Origin: Armatimonadota bacterium
GTDB lineage: Bacteria > Armatimonadota > Hebobacteria > CAIYQO01
Length of the DNA stretch: 42,287 bases
Assembly (NCBI GenBank): GCA_044344305.1
Contig: JBIJDE010000002.1
Coordinates: forward strand, 1 to 42,287
Reading direction: 5' to 3'
Position numbers and translations under genes: made by a program. Below the pieces are notes generated by a model. The model saw only the letters and a list, made by a program, of their open reading frames with translations, was not told the origin of the DNA and ran no database searches. Below, one piece after another: positions 42,136 through 42,287 of this stretch; within the stretch, counting starts at the first letter, position 1; each line of letters begins with the position of its first letter.

Positions 42136-42208
42136 ATTATAACCCAATATACGCCATTTTGAACAGGAGGGGTGCAAGGGGTAACATTTCACCTTTTGTT
42201 GATTTTAA

Positions 42209-42231
42209 TTTTCACATCGATTAACAGGATT
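42209..42231 (-). promoter_or_regulatory. Second copy of the AATCCTnTTAATCGATGTnAAAA motif
   Basis: The minus strand reads AATCCTGTTAATCGATGTGAAAA, followed 14 nt later by ACAAAAGGTGAAAT. It matches 16981-17028 upstream of the permease trio and lies 74 nt upstream of ATG 42135. Confidence 0.4.
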
Positions 42232-42287
42232 TTTAAGATAATATATCATTACAATCCTGAAAATCGATATAAAAAATTCGTAATTCG

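Noticed and set aside
42136-42192. GTG-initiated N-terminal extension of the NlpC/P60 ORF (MKCYPLHPSCSKWRILGYN)
   Set aside because: The GTG lies inside a non-coding block conserved with the permease-trio upstream region and has no ribosome-binding site. The signal peptide begins right after ATG 42135/42129.
1-42287. Search for a defence system, prophage, integrative element, toxin-antitoxin pair, retron/DGR or secondary-metabolite cluster
   Set aside because: I found no nuclease, helicase, methylase, reverse transcriptase, integrase, capsid, terminase or toxin-like ORFs, and no tRNA attachment site. All large ORFs are explained by the signalling, envelope, glycoside hydrolase, hydrogenase and arginine functions listed above.

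Overview
This is a 42.3-kb, chromosomal-looking segment from an unidentified bacterium. Shine-Dalgarno sites, sigma70-like promoters, a TamB/AsmA-type envelope protein and an [FeFe]-hydrogenase suggest an anaerobic diderm, but I cannot assign a taxon from sequence alone. I support 22 protein genes. I see no rRNA, tRNA, CRISPR array, transposase, integrase, phage gene or recognisable defence gene. All domain calls come from motifs read by eye and remembered family signatures; nothing was searched or computed.

Gene order, left to right:
1. Signalling cluster (1-10.6 kb): two paralogous PAS-GAF hybrid histidine kinases, a HisKA_3 kinase, a CheB-CheR-PAS fusion, and a secreted protein with a classical C2H2 zinc-finger motif.
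2. A ~1-kb non-coding island holding two tandem MITE-like elements.
3. GH116 beta-glucosidase, a class-B PBP transpeptidase and a YkuD/YafK-like L,D-transpeptidase.
4. Three tandem ABC-2-permease-like membrane paralogs, with no ATPase in the window.
5. A second copy of the palindromic repeat cluster, two Rex/CRP-type palindromes, then a hydC-hydB-hydA [FeFe]-hydrogenase operon.
6. A single-domain response regulator, an overlapping small membrane ORF and an 1801-aa TamB/AsmA-like protein.
7. An orphan 569-aa protein, divergent from a large secreted clan-GH-A-like hydrolase.
8. A LysM-SH3-NlpC/P60 gene followed by argC and argJ on the minus strand.

Most worth follow-up:
- The hydrogenase operon. 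Its NuoF-like subunit is fused to a complete GltD/NfnB-like module, and its catalytic subunit reads TSCSPGW where TSCCPxW is canonical.
- The orphan permease trio.
- The MITE-like elements.
- The dense heptamer and palindrome families that fill almost every intergenic region.
- The shared upstream motif linking the permease trio and the NlpC/P60 gene.
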